NCBI GenBank assembly: GCA_051748045.1
Contig: JBNJGY010000006.1
Location: 1-57,065, forward strand
Direction: 5' to 3'
DNA length: 57,065 bases
From: Thermotogota bacterium
Lineage (GTDB): Bacteria > Thermotogota > Thermotogae > Petrotogales > Petrotogaceae
Shown here one piece after another: positions 10,261 through 20,380 of this stretch. Both the position numbers and the translations under genes were made by a program. The notes under the pieces were generated by a model, which had not been told where the DNA came from, did no database searches, and saw nothing but the letters and a program-made list of their open reading frames with translations. The stretch's first letter is position 1. Every line of letters begins with the position of its first letter.

Positions 10261-11547
10261 TCAAAAAAAATATCTTAAATTTATATATATCAGCGAAATT
10301 ATTAAGGTCATTAAAGTTATTATAAGTCCATAAAAAATAAATTTTTTAAAAGAAATATTGTCACCTTTAAACTGTTTTATTAAAGCTATACCAATAATGT
10401 TTGCTGATGCCCCAATTGGAGTTAAATTCCCACCTAAACATGCCCCTAAAGCTAGAGAATACCATTGTGGATTTAAATTTATAAAAACACTTGGATTAAT
10501 TTCATTTAAATTGCTAACTACTGGAATCATAGTAGCTGTATAAGGAATGTTATCAACAAACCCAGATAAAATACCTGAACTAACTATGAGAAAGCTAGCA
10601 AAAAATTGTGCAGATCTACCTGCAAAATCTACAAGCATCATACTAAACTCATGTAAAACACCTGTTTCTTCCAAAGCTCCAGTGACTACAAAAAGACCTA
10701 TAAAAAATAAAATACTTTCCCATTCTACTTCCTTAATAGTTTTTTCGATATCATGTGGTTCCATAATCAATAAAGCAAAAAAACCTGCAAATAAAGCTAT
10801 TATAGAACTTTCAACACCAATTTGATGTTGGAAAATGAAAGATATTATAACCCCAAAAAGAAGCAATAAAGAAAGTCTAAATCTCTTTTTATCTTCAATG
10901 ATTTTTGATTTATTCATATCATTTATTATTTCTTTATTAAATTTTTTGAATAGTTGTTTTCTAAAAATAAATACAAAAACTAAATCCATAAAAATAAGAT
11001 TTACTACTGAAACTGGAAACATGACACTAAAGAATTCACTGAAAGAAAAACCAGCAGCCGAAGAAATCATAATATTTGGGGGGTCCCCAATTATAGTAGA
11101 AGCTCCACCAATGTTAGAAGCCATTATTTCTCCTAAAACATATGGAAAATAATTTATCTTAAGTGTATCTGTAATAGCAAGAGTAATTGGAATAAAAATA
11201 AGAATCGTTGTTACGTTATCTATTATTGAAGAAGAGAAGGCAACTAATGCCGTTAAAATTAAAAAAAGCCAAACACCATTTTTCCCAAAAAAAGACAGGG
11301 TTTTAATACCAACAAAAGTGAATATCTTGCTTTTTTTAATTACATTTACAAAAACCATCATACCAAGCAATAAAAAAATAGTATTAAAATCCAAATAATG
11401 CTGAAATGCATACATCTGTGTAGGGAAAACTTGGAATATAATAAGTAATGTTGCACCCAACATGGCTGCAACAGTACGATTTATTTTATGAGATACTATC
11501 AAACCTAATGTAATCAAAAAAACCACGATAGATATAATTTCTTTCAT
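10261..11547 (-). CDS. ArsB/NhaD (IT superfamily) ion transporter
   Basis: Polytopic; DNVTTIL, SNIGGASTIIGDPPN, DNIPY, GGNLTPIGASAN. Confidence 0.85.
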   Translation of the reverse strand: MKEIISIVVFLITLGLIVSHKINRTVAAMLGATLLIIFQVFPTQMYAFQHYLDFNTIFLLLGMMVFVNVIKKSKIFTFVGIKTLSFFGKNGVWLFLILTALVAFSSSIIDNVTTILIFIPITLAITDTLKINYFPYVLGEIMASNIGGASTIIGDPPNIMISSAAGFSFSEFFSVMFPVSVVNLIFMDLVFVFIFRKQLFKKFNKEIINDMNKSKIIEDKKRFRLSLLLLFGVIISFIFQHQIGVESSIIALFAGFFALLIMEPHDIEKTIKEVEWESILFFIGLFVVTGALEETGVLHEFSMMLVDFAGRSAQFFASFLIVSSGILSGFVDNIPYTATMIPVVSNLNEINPSVFINLNPQWYSLALGACLGGNLTPIGASANIIGIALIKQFKGDNISFKKFIFYGLIITLMTLIISLIYINLRYFF

Positions 11548-11717
11548 ATTTTCACCTTGCTTTTTAAAGTATATAGTTTTAATGATTTTCTTTAATATTA
11601 GTATAACACATTTTCTTTTTACACACTACAATACTTAATAAAATCTGAAAATGAGATTTTTTATTGTAAACATTATTTTATTTTTCTATATACTCTTAAC
11701 TACTTTAATGTAACACT

Positions 11718-11746
11718 TTGCTATTATTTTATTATTTTGTTATAAT
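11718..11746 (+). promoter_or_regulatory. Candidate sigmaA promoter for the opuA operon
   Basis: TTGCTA, 17 nt, TATAAT with extended TG. The AT-rich context lowers specificity. Confidence 0.45.
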
Positions 11747-12149
11747 TATCTTGAGACCATCTTATTTTGTTACATTTTTAATTATTAGTATAACTTACTA
11801 AAAAGACTTCATTTGTGAGATTATTATTTAATTTGTGATTATTATTGTTAACATTAGATTTCTTGAAATTAGAACACCGCAAAAATGCTTTTTTAATAAA
11901 CATATCATAATTTTTTTTATTAATAATTTATTAAACTAAATAATGTATCATGAATATGTGGTTGTTGTTCGATCTTGCTTTATTATCCACGATTTACATT
12001 GTTTAAAAACAAAATACTTCATTTTTCATTCAGTACACCTGCACAAATACATTATAATAAACCAAATAAAAAATAAATCAACTATAAAAAATTTGATTCA
12101 TAATTCACTATTAATGATCAAAATATTTTTTAGTTAAGGGAGGTATAAA

Positions 12150-13349
12150 ATGGCCGAAGATAACGGTTATAAAATGGTGGTCAAAGATGTCACCAAAATA
12201 TTCGGAAATAGTCCAAAAAAAGTTGTCCCTTTATTAGAAAAAGGTATGTCAAAAGATGAAATTTTAGAGAAGACTGGTAATACCGTTGGAGTGAACAAAG
12301 TTTCTTTTAATGTAAAAAATAAAGAAATTTTTGTTGTAATGGGATTATCTGGTTCTGGAAAATCAACTTTAATTAGATGTTTAAACAGACTTATAGAACC
12401 TACTAGTGGAGAAATTTATGTGGATGGAGAAAATGTTCTTACTGCTAATAAAGAAAAATTAAGAGATTTTAGAAGACTTAAGATGAATATGGTTTTCCAA
12501 AACTTTGCTTTATTTCCTCACAAAACTGTTTCAGAAAATGTAGAGTTTGGACTAGAAGTTCAAAAAGTAGAAAAAGATGAAAGAAAGAAAAAAGCTTATG
12601 AAGCTTTAGATATGGTTGGTCTAAAAGGATATGAAGAACAATATCCAAATGAACTCAGTGGTGGTATGCAACAAAGAGTTGGTTTAGCAAGAGCTCTCGC
12701 AACAGACCCTGACATTTTATTAATGGATGAAGCTTTTAGTGCTTTGGACCCTTTGATAAGAAGAGATATGCAAGACCAATTATTAGAATTGCAAGAGAAA
12801 TTACATAAAACTATTGTTTTTATAACTCATGATTTAGATGAAGCCTTGAAATTAGGAGACAGAATCGCAATTATGAAAGACGGCCACATAGATCAAATAG
12901 GTACTGCAGAAGAAATACTCACTAATCCTGCAACAAGTTATGTAAAAGAATTTGTTCAAGATGTTGACAGAACAAAAGTAATAACAGCAGAAAATATAAT
13001 GAAAAAACCTATTGATAGGGCTTTTGTAAAAGATACTCCAAGAGTTGCTGTTAGAAAAATGAGAAAAGCAGGTATTGATAGTATTTTGGTTACTGACAGA
13101 GATAGGACACTTCATGGATTAGTTACAATAGAAGATGCTCTCAAATTAGTTGAAGAAGGAAAACAAGATCTAAAACCTATTATAGATTCAGATATCAAAA
13201 AAGTTTATAAAGATACATCTATAATGGATATACTACCTCTTCATATTGACTACAACCATCCTGTTGCAGTAGTAGATGAAGATAATAAATTATTAGGTAT
13301 AATAGTTAAAGTTTCTGTCCTTTCAGGAATTATAGGGGAGGTAGATTAA
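12150..13349 (+). CDS. opuAA: Glycine betaine/proline ABC transporter ATPase with tandem CBS domains (OpuAA/ProV)
   Basis: [40 protein letters not shown]-terminal CBS pair. Confidence 0.93.
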   Translation: MAEDNGYKMVVKDVTKIFGNSPKKVVPLLEKGMSKDEILEKTGNTVGVNKVSFNVKNKEIFVVMGLSGSGKSTLIRCLNRLIEPTSGEIYVDGENVLTANKEKLRDFRRLKMNMVFQNFALFPHKTVSENVEFGLEVQKVEKDERKKKAYEALDMVGLKGYEEQYPNELSGGMQQRVGLARALATDPDILLMDEAFSALDPLIRRDMQDQLLELQEKLHKTIVFITHDLDEALKLGDRIAIMKDGHIDQIGTAEEILTNPATSYVKEFVQDVDRTKVITAENIMKKPIDRAFVKDTPRVAVRKMRKAGIDSILVTDRDRTLHGLVTIEDALKLVEEGKQDLKPIIDSDIKKVYKDTSIMDILPLHIDYNHPVAVVDEDNKLLGIIVKVSVLSGIIGEVD

Positions 13350-13350
13350 T

Positions 13351-14172
13351 ATGATAGATTTAAAAATTGGTTATTTTTTTGAAATAATAGTTAATTGGTT
13401 AAAAGATAATTGGGACGGACTTTTTGAGGCTATAGAAGGGTTCATAAACTTTTTTATAGATAATCTTGAGGGCTTTTTTGGATGGCTACCTTGGTTTGTA
13501 ACCATTATTGTTTTGGCATTAATTGCATGGAAAATAGCAGGAAAAGGTGTTGCTATTTTTACTGTAATTGGTCTTTGGGTTATATATAATATGGATTTAT
13601 GGCCTGAAACTATGAACACATTAGCATTAGTTATATCTGCTACTTTGATAGCCTTATTGCTTGGTATTCCTGCAGGAATATGGGCTTCAAAAAGCGATGG
13701 ATTTTTCAGATTTATAAGACCAGTGCTTGATTTCATGCAGACTCTACCCGCTTTTGTTTATCTAATACCAGCAGTTTTATTCTTTGGATTAGGTAAAGTA
13801 CCAGGCGCAGTAGCTACTGTTATTTTCTCAATGCCTCCAGCTGTTAGATTTACTAACTTAGCTATAAGGCAAGTACCAAAAGAAGTTGTTGAAGCCAGTG
13901 ATTCATTTGGGGCAACTCCTATGCAAAAGTTGCTAAAAGTAGAATTACCAATTGCAACTCCAACTATTTTCGCAGGAATAAACCAAACAATAATGTTGGC
14001 CTTATCAATGGTTGTTATTTCAGCTATGATTGGTGCAGGAGGTTTAGGTAAACAAGTCTTAAACGGTATAACTCAATACAAGATTGGCTTAGGTTTTGAA
14101 AGTGGTATTGCTGTAGTTGTATTGGCTATGGTTTTAGATAGAATTACACAAGCGTTAGGTGATAAAAAATAA
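13351..14172 (+). CDS. opuAB: Glycine betaine ABC transporter permease (OpuAB/ProW)
   Basis: RPVLDFMQTLPAFVYLIP, EAS-x2-FGA loop, GINQTIMLALSMVV. Confidence 0.93.
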   Translation: MIDLKIGYFFEIIVNWLKDNWDGLFEAIEGFINFFIDNLEGFFGWLPWFVTIIVLALIAWKIAGKGVAIFTVIGLWVIYNMDLWPETMNTLALVISATLIALLLGIPAGIWASKSDGFFRFIRPVLDFMQTLPAFVYLIPAVLFFGLGKVPGAVATVIFSMPPAVRFTNLAIRQVPKEVVEASDSFGATPMQKLLKVELPIATPTIFAGINQTIMLALSMVVISAMIGAGGLGKQVLNGITQYKIGLGFESGIAVVVLAMVLDRITQALGDKK

Positions 14173-14189
14173 TTAGGAGGGATTTTTTG

Positions 14190-15023
14190 ATGAAAAAGTT
14201 ATTAGTATTATTAAGTGTTTTGGTTTTAAGTATTGTTATTTTTGCTGCAGGTACAGTTAAGGTTGCTTATGTTAATTGGGCTGAAGGTATTGCTATGACA
14301 AATTTAGCAAAAGTTGTTTTAGAAGACGAAATGGGTTACGACGTAGAAACTACTATGGCAGATCCTGGCTTAGTTTTTGCTTCATTAGCTCAAGGTGATC
14401 AAGATGTATTTATGGACGGATGGTTACCTGTTACTCACGAAAGCTATATGAACCAATTCGGAGAAGACTTAACAGATTTGGGTTATAATTTTAAAGGTGC
14501 AAGAATTGGTTTAGTTGTACCTTCATATGTTGATATTGATTCAATCACAGAAATGAATTCTGTAAAAGACAAATTCGATTCACAAATCGTAGGAATTGAC
14601 TCAGGAGCTGGTATCATGGCAGCAACTGAAAGAGCAATTGATGCATACGATTTAGATTTTGATTTAAGAGAAAGTTCAGGACCAGTTATGACAGCTACAT
14701 TAGCAGATGCTATTGATAATGACGAATGGGTAGTTGTTACAGGTTGGGCTCCACATTGGAAATTTGCTAGATACGACCTTAAATTCTTGGAAGATCCTGA
14801 AGGAACATACGGAGCAGTAGAAAATATTCACTCTATTGCTAGAAGAAATTTCATAATAGATATGCCAGAAGTAGCACAATTCTTCACTCATTTCTTCATG
14901 TCAGGTACAGAATTAGCTGAATTAATGGGAGTAATTGCTGATAGCAATGACCCAGAAGATGCTGCAAGAGAATGGAAAAATAATAACATGGATATCGTAG
15001 AAAAATGGATTCCTAATAACTAA
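14190..15023 (+). CDS. opuAC: Glycine betaine ABC transporter substrate-binding protein (OpuAC/ProX)
   Basis: Signal peptide without lipobox; YVNWAEG, GWLPVTH, GWAPHW aromatic-cage motifs. Confidence 0.92.
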   Translation: MKKLLVLLSVLVLSIVIFAAGTVKVAYVNWAEGIAMTNLAKVVLEDEMGYDVETTMADPGLVFASLAQGDQDVFMDGWLPVTHESYMNQFGEDLTDLGYNFKGARIGLVVPSYVDIDSITEMNSVKDKFDSQIVGIDSGAGIMAATERAIDAYDLDFDLRESSGPVMTATLADAIDNDEWVVVTGWAPHWKFARYDLKFLEDPEGTYGAVENIHSIARRNFIIDMPEVAQFFTHFFMSGTELAELMGVIADSNDPEDAAREWKNNNMDIVEKWIPNN

Positions 15024-15039
15024 TAAGTTTTAGATATAT

Positions 15040-15073
15040 AAAAAGCGGATGATTTAATCATCCGCTTTTTTTT
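15040..15073. terminator. Bidirectional terminator opuAC/MFS
   Basis: AAAAAGCGGATGATT-T-AATCATCCGCTTTTT; the right arm overlaps the last MFS codons. Confidence 0.8.
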
Positions 15074-16182
15074 AATACATTACTTAGTGTTGCTATAATT
15101 AATATGGTTGTTATAGGTATTATATAAGCCATTTTTATATTTATATCTCCAATTAATCCCATGAAATACGTTATAGATATTCCTCCTATACCCGTAGAAA
15201 AATATAAAATTCCGCTAAATACGGATAATTCCCTTTTTGGAATTCTTCTATTTGAGGCTTTTTGTAATGCAGGAAAAATAGGCCCTATAGATAATCCTGC
15301 CAAGATATAAAAGATCCAATGATTAAAAGATAAAAGCATAATTAAAAATAAAAGTGCTGAAAAAGAGGAAATAACTACTAACTTAATTTCACCTATCTTT
15401 TTACTTATATTATCTGTTAATAATCTGGCTATTGTAAAAAATATCCATAAAGTTGAAATCAAAAAAGCTGAAAAACTCTGTGTATATTCAAATCCATCTA
15501 CAAACAAATTTGAACTCCAAGTAATGATACCTTTTTCAGTTCCCGCATAAAGTAAAAAAATAACTATTGGTATAATTACAATCTTTTTTCCAATAATATT
15601 TGGAATTTCAGAAAAATGTATTGGGTCATATTCAGTATTTTCAAATATGCTTTTTTTGAAAATAATAATAGCGATAAAAGTCATAAAAACTGCATGAGAA
15701 ACTAAAAGATATTTTGGAGATAAATCTTGGTTTAAAATTAGACCTACAATTATTGGTGAAACAATTCCTCCAACGCCAAACATACCATGAAAAACCCCAT
15801 AATTTTGTAGTTTATCATCAAAGTGAGTGAAAATTGCAGTTAAAACTAATATAGTAGAACTAACAGCTACACCAAGAACAAATCCTGCCAAAGATAATAG
15901 TAAGAATGATGTTGAAAAAGCAAAAAGAAACATTCCAACTATACCTAAAATATAAGCAAATAAAAAATATTTTCTAAAATGAAACTTTGATAATAAAAAA
16001 CCTCCAAATATATTTGATAATAAAGCACCAGCTGAATTTAAAAGAGGTAAAGCTGATGATTGAGAAATACTTATATCATAATTTACCTGAAAATATTTCA
16101 TAAGTGGTGGGATGAAATTTGGTATCATAGAAGTAATTATCATAATAAAAAACAATATACTCCTTGTATTTTTTTGTGTCAA
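15058..16182 (-). CDS. Major facilitator superfamily transporter
   Basis: About 12 hydrophobic segments; HGMFGVGGIVSP, LYAGTE, GPIFP (FucP/TsgA-like flavour). TTG start with SD GGAAGGTG. Confidence 0.85.
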   Translation of the reverse strand: MTQKNTRSILFFIMIITSMIPNFIPPLMKYFQVNYDISISQSSALPLLNSAGALLSNIFGGFLLSKFHFRKYFLFAYILGIVGMFLFAFSTSFLLLSLAGFVLGVAVSSTILVLTAIFTHFDDKLQNYGVFHGMFGVGGIVSPIIVGLILNQDLSPKYLLVSHAVFMTFIAIIIFKKSIFENTEYDPIHFSEIPNIIGKKIVIIPIVIFLLYAGTEKGIITWSSNLFVDGFEYTQSFSAFLISTLWIFFTIARLLTDNISKKIGEIKLVVISSFSALLFLIMLLSFNHWIFYILAGLSIGPIFPALQKASNRRIPKRELSVFSGILYFSTGIGGISITYFMGLIGDINIKMAYIIPITTILIIATLSNVLKKSG

Positions 16183-16393
16183 AATATCACCTTCCTATTT
16201 TTTTCTTAACTATTCTAAATCAATGAGATGTATTTAACAATAAGTAATTTTGAATTTTTTATAAAAATATATAATTACATTTTTAATTTTTTATTATATT
16301 TTAGGGTATTTTATCTTAAAATATAATATATATTTACATTCATAAAGTATTATAGAATAAATAAATAAATATAATAATTTGGGGGAAATAAAG

Positions 16394-16948
16394 TTGAAAA
16401 ATAAAGAAATAATTACAATAAATTATAAAAAGTCTAATCACAATAAAAAATTAAGCTATATATTAAAAAGAAAAAATAGTTATTATCTAAAAGATGAAGA
16501 GAAAAATACAATCTGTAAATTATTAAATAGTTCTAACGATGAATATATATTATATATAAAAGAAAAAAATAAATGGGTTGAGAAAGGAAAAAATAATATA
16601 AATAATGTTTTTGACTATTTAAAAAAAGATGTAAAAAAAACAATATGTTTTAGCTCAGATGAGAGAAAGAGATTAGAAAGAGGAATATATAGATACATAG
16701 AGTCAAAATGTGATTTCTTAGCTAATAAAGAATTTGAACCTAAAGTAAGGTTTGGTAAAATATATTTTGATTTTTATGTTGATGATATTTTTAGAATTAA
16801 TTTTTTCGATAAACAATATAATGAATGTATATTAGATAAAAAACAAAATAAAGGATGGAAAGAATTAAAAAAAGGATCTTTTGATGAAGTCATGTCTTTT
16901 TTAAACAAATATTTTAAAAATCATTATATAAATGATGAAATAATCTAA
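16394..16948 (+). CDS. Hypothetical basic protein with an internal two-fold repeat
   Basis: Long ORF; SD GGGGG before TTG 16394; ungapped internal repeat (see findings). Confidence 0.6.
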   Translation: MKNKEIITINYKKSNHNKKLSYILKRKNSYYLKDEEKNTICKLLNSSNDEYILYIKEKNKWVEKGKNNINNVFDYLKKDVKKTICFSSDERKRLERGIYRYIESKCDFLANKEFEPKVRFGKIYFDFYVDDIFRINFFDKQYNECILDKKQNKGWKELKKGSFDEVMSFLNKYFKNHYINDEII

Positions 16949-16956
16949 GGTGATCT

Positions 16957-18297
16957 ATGAAAAAGTTTTATAAAACAACACTCACTATTGCTTTACCTGT
17001 AGCTGTTCAACAATTTATTTCCACTAGTGTGAACTTTGTTGATACTTTGATGATAGGACAACTTGGGGAAAATAGTATTGCAGCTGTGGGTTTATCAAAT
17101 AAAATATTCTTTTTATTTAACCTCTTGCTATTTGGTCTTGTTAGTGGTGGAGCTATTTTTTTGTCACAATATTGGGGTAAGAAAGATGATTTTAACATAT
17201 CAAAAACAACTTCACTAATAACTGGTTTATCAATTATATTTTCATTTATATTTTTTATACCCAGTTTTTTCTTTACTGAAAATGTTATGAAAATATTTAC
17301 TCCTGATCCAAATGTTGTTTCAATAGGTATAGAATATCTAAGCATTATCGCTTTAACTTTTCCTGTTATGGCTTTTGTTTTTTCTTTTGAGGCGAGTTTA
17401 AAAAGCACAGAAAAAACTATCATTCCAATGTATTCTAGTTTAATAGCAATGGGAACAAACATATTTTTAAATTATGTTTTAGTTTTTGGTAAATTTGGAC
17501 TACCCCAGTTAGGAGTTAAGGGGGCTGCTATAGGAACTCTAATATCAAGAGTCTTACAACTTTCTATTTTACTTATTATAATGTTAAAAATAAATCATCC
17601 AGGTTTATTTAGAATTAAACATATTAAAGCTCTAGATTTAAAATTTATTAAATATTTTTTTAGCTATACTATTTCTACTATAGGACAAGAATTTTTCTGG
17701 GGTTTGGGAATGACAACATATTCTATTGTTTATGCACATATGGGAACTGATATAATCGCAGCAAGAAATGTAATGGAAACAATAGAAAATCTGGCGTTTA
17801 CTGTATTAATTGCTCTTTCAAATGCTACTGCAATTATGGTGGGAAAACATTTAGGTTCTGATAATATAGAGCATGCAATTTTAACTGCTAAAAAACTTTT
17901 AAAACTTAACTTTATTATTTCATTTTTTGTTGGGATTTTAATAATTATTTCTTCAAGATATATTATTTTGTTGTTTAATGTCTCAGAAAACGTTGAAAAT
18001 CTAATATTAACTGCTTTATTAATCGCAGCTTTTTCTATACCAATTAGAACTATCAACTTAATGAATGTAGTGGGTATATTGAGAGCAGGTGGTGATACCA
18101 AATTTTCTTTTTTTGCTGAAGTAGGTACCTTATGGGGAATCGGTATCCCTTTAGTTGCTATAAGTGGTTTAATAATAGGTTGGTCTTTTCCAATTGTATA
18201 TACTATTTCTTTAATTGAAGAAGTTGTAAAAGCTTTTATTTTCATGAGACGTTATTTTTCTAAAAAATGGGCAAGAAATATTGTTGATTCTATTTAA
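16957..18297 (+). CDS. MATE family efflux transporter
   Basis: VDTLMIGQLG...IAAVG, PQLGVKGAAIGTLISR, GILRAGGDT. Confidence 0.92.
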   Translation: MKKFYKTTLTIALPVAVQQFISTSVNFVDTLMIGQLGENSIAAVGLSNKIFFLFNLLLFGLVSGGAIFLSQYWGKKDDFNISKTTSLITGLSIIFSFIFFIPSFFFTENVMKIFTPDPNVVSIGIEYLSIIALTFPVMAFVFSFEASLKSTEKTIIPMYSSLIAMGTNIFLNYVLVFGKFGLPQLGVKGAAIGTLISRVLQLSILLIIMLKINHPGLFRIKHIKALDLKFIKYFFSYTISTIGQEFFWGLGMTTYSIVYAHMGTDIIAARNVMETIENLAFTVLIALSNATAIMVGKHLGSDNIEHAILTAKKLLKLNFIISFFVGILIIISSRYIILLFNVSENVENLILTALLIAAFSIPIRTINLMNVVGILRAGGDTKFSFFAEVGTLWGIGIPLVAISGLIIGWSFPIVYTISLIEEVVKAFIFMRRYFSKKWARNIVDSI

Positions 18298-18310
18298 GAG
18301 GAGGCAAAAT

Positions 18311-18868
18311 ATGGAAGTACAAAAAATAATCACTGAAAATTATGGAACTAATTCTTATATTATAGATAATAATTATGTTGTAGATCCTGGACTAGGTATA
18401 GGAAAATTTATAAATGAAAAGATAGATATTTTGTTAACACATGCTCATTTTGATCATTTACTAGGGATTAACGAATTAAATTACGGAAAGATTTATTTAC
18501 ACCCAGATGATTTCGAAATGATTAAAAATCCTGATCTTAACCTTTCAAATATGATAGGAAAACCAATACAAATTAAAGATAATTTATATGATATTTCAAA
18601 AAAATTTGATATTCTACATACACCTGGTCATACAAATGGAAGTGTTGTTATAATTTTCAAAAATCATATTTTTACAGGTGATACTGTTTTTTCTAATTCA
18701 ATTGGTAGAACAGATCTTCCTGGAGGAGATCAAGAGAAAATTGGTAATTCATTAAAAACTTTAAAAAATTATTTTTTGAAAAACGATAGAAATATAAAAA
18801 TCCATCCAGGCCATATGGATGAAACGACAATAGGAAATATTTTAGAAGATAATCCTTATCTTCTTTAA
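18311..18868 (+). CDS. MBL-fold metallo-hydrolase (glyoxalase II-like)
   Basis: THAHFDH, HTPGHT, FTGD, HPGH. SD GAGGAGG before ATG 18311. Confidence 0.9.
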   Translation: MEVQKIITENYGTNSYIIDNNYVVDPGLGIGKFINEKIDILLTHAHFDHLLGINELNYGKIYLHPDDFEMIKNPDLNLSNMIGKPIQIKDNLYDISKKFDILHTPGHTNGSVVIIFKNHIFTGDTVFSNSIGRTDLPGGDQEKIGNSLKTLKNYFLKNDRNIKIHPGHMDETTIGNILEDNPYLL

Positions 18869-18886
18869 TATAAAGGTGGTATAAAA

Positions 18887-20203
18887 ATGGATCAAATACA
18901 TATTGAAAAATTAATAAACGGTGGATATGGAATGGGATTTAAAGATGGAAGAGTCTACATGGTTGAAAACTCATATCCAGATGAAATTGTTGAAGTTGAA
19001 GTATTAAAAGATACTAAAAAAGTAGTATTTGCGAAAACAATAAATGTAGTTAAATCATCAAAAAATAGAATAGCTTCAGTTTGTAATCATTTCCCAAAAT
19101 GTGGAGGTTGTCAATGGATCAACTATAAATACGAAAAACAGATAGAAGCAAAACAAAAAATTGTCAAAGAACAATTGAAACGACTTGCAAATATTGATAT
19201 AAAAATAGAGGATATTGAACCTTCATCATCACAATATCAGTATAGAAATAAAATGGAATTTTCTATAAAAAAAAATAACGTATTAACTGTTGGTTTAAAT
19301 AAAAAAAATTCATCAGAAATATTGAATATAGAAAGTTGTCCAATTTCTCCAAATATCTTTGATAAAATTAGAAATAGAGTAAAAGGAATAATAAATAGTT
19401 TAGATATCCCAATCTATAATTTTAAAACAAAAAAAGGAGTATTAAAACATATAATCCTTAGAAAGTCTTTTTCTCAAAATAAAACCATGTTGATAATTGT
19501 TACTAATAGTGAAAACATCCCAAAAGAAAACGCTCTAAAAAGTGAATTAAGAAGCTTACCTGTTGATTCAATCATACATGTTATGAATTCATCTGATAAA
19601 GTAAAACTAAGAGGGCCTTATAAAACCTGGAAAGGTGAGGGAGTTCTTCTTGAAGAATTCGATGGATTCACTTATCAAATACCTCCAACATCTTTTTTTC
19701 AAACAAATTATGAAATAACTTCTAAAATGTTGAAACATATATTAGATTATTTGAAAACAAAAAAAACTGATAATAAAAGCTTATTGGATTTATACTGTGG
19801 AGTAGGTTTATTTTCTGTATACTTCTCTCCACTTTTTAAAGATATAAAAGGGGTTGAATTTTCAAAAATATCTATAAAAGCAGCAAACGCAAATAAAAAT
19901 ATAAATTTCTTGAAAAATACAACATTTTATGTAGAAGATGCTATTAAATATCTAAAAAATTCTAAAAATAATTTTGATTATATAATAATTGATCCTCCAA
20001 GAGCTGGCTTAGGAAAAGACGGTGTAGAATTATTATCGAAAAAAATTAATAACACACTTATATACATATCTTGTGATACGTCAACATTAGCAAGAGATCT
20101 AAAAGGATTAACTGAAAAAGGCTTTAAAATCAAATCTATAAAACCTTTTGACATGTTCCCGAATACGTATCATGTTGAAAATATAGTTATACTAGAAAAA
20201 TAA
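18887..20203 (+). CDS. rlmD: 23S rRNA (uracil-C5)-methyltransferase
   Basis: TRAM domain, C-x5-CGGC Fe-S motif, SFFQ, LDLYCGVG, DPPRAG, YISC, DMFP-x-T-x-HVE. Confidence 0.92.
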   Translation: MDQIHIEKLINGGYGMGFKDGRVYMVENSYPDEIVEVEVLKDTKKVVFAKTINVVKSSKNRIASVCNHFPKCGGCQWINYKYEKQIEAKQKIVKEQLKRLANIDIKIEDIEPSSSQYQYRNKMEFSIKKNNVLTVGLNKKNSSEILNIESCPISPNIFDKIRNRVKGIINSLDIPIYNFKTKKGVLKHIILRKSFSQNKTMLIIVTNSENIPKENALKSELRSLPVDSIIHVMNSSDKVKLRGPYKTWKGEGVLLEEFDGFTYQIPPTSFFQTNYEITSKMLKHILDYLKTKKTDNKSLLDLYCGVGLFSVYFSPLFKDIKGVEFSKISIKAANANKNINFLKNTTFYVEDAIKYLKNSKNNFDYIIIDPPRAGLGKDGVELLSKKINNTLIYISCDTSTLARDLKGLTEKGFKIKSIKPFDMFPNTYHVENIVILEK

Positions 20204-20247
20204 TATTAACAAATAAATTTTGAAATTTTTTCATTGTAAAATAACTT

Positions 20248-20278
20248 AAAGACAAATCTATATGGATTTGTCTTTTTT
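20248..20278 (+). terminator. Rho-independent terminator after rlmD
   Basis: AAAGACAAATCTA-TA-TGGATTTGTCTTT followed by T-run. Confidence 0.8.
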
Positions 20279-20380
20279 AACAATTAGACTATTAGGAGGA
20301 TTTTTATGGAAAAGAAAATGTCGAGCAAATTATAAAAAAGTGAAATAAAGTATAATATAATTAGATGATTTTGAAAGGGG

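Noticed and set aside
11943-12137. 64-aa ORF upstream of opuAA
   Set aside because: No SD, no recognisable motif and atypical composition; treated as non-coding.
11548-12149. c-di-AMP (ydaO) riboswitch before opuA
   Set aside because: No conserved GC-rich helices or terminator visible; an Rfam scan would be needed to exclude it fully.
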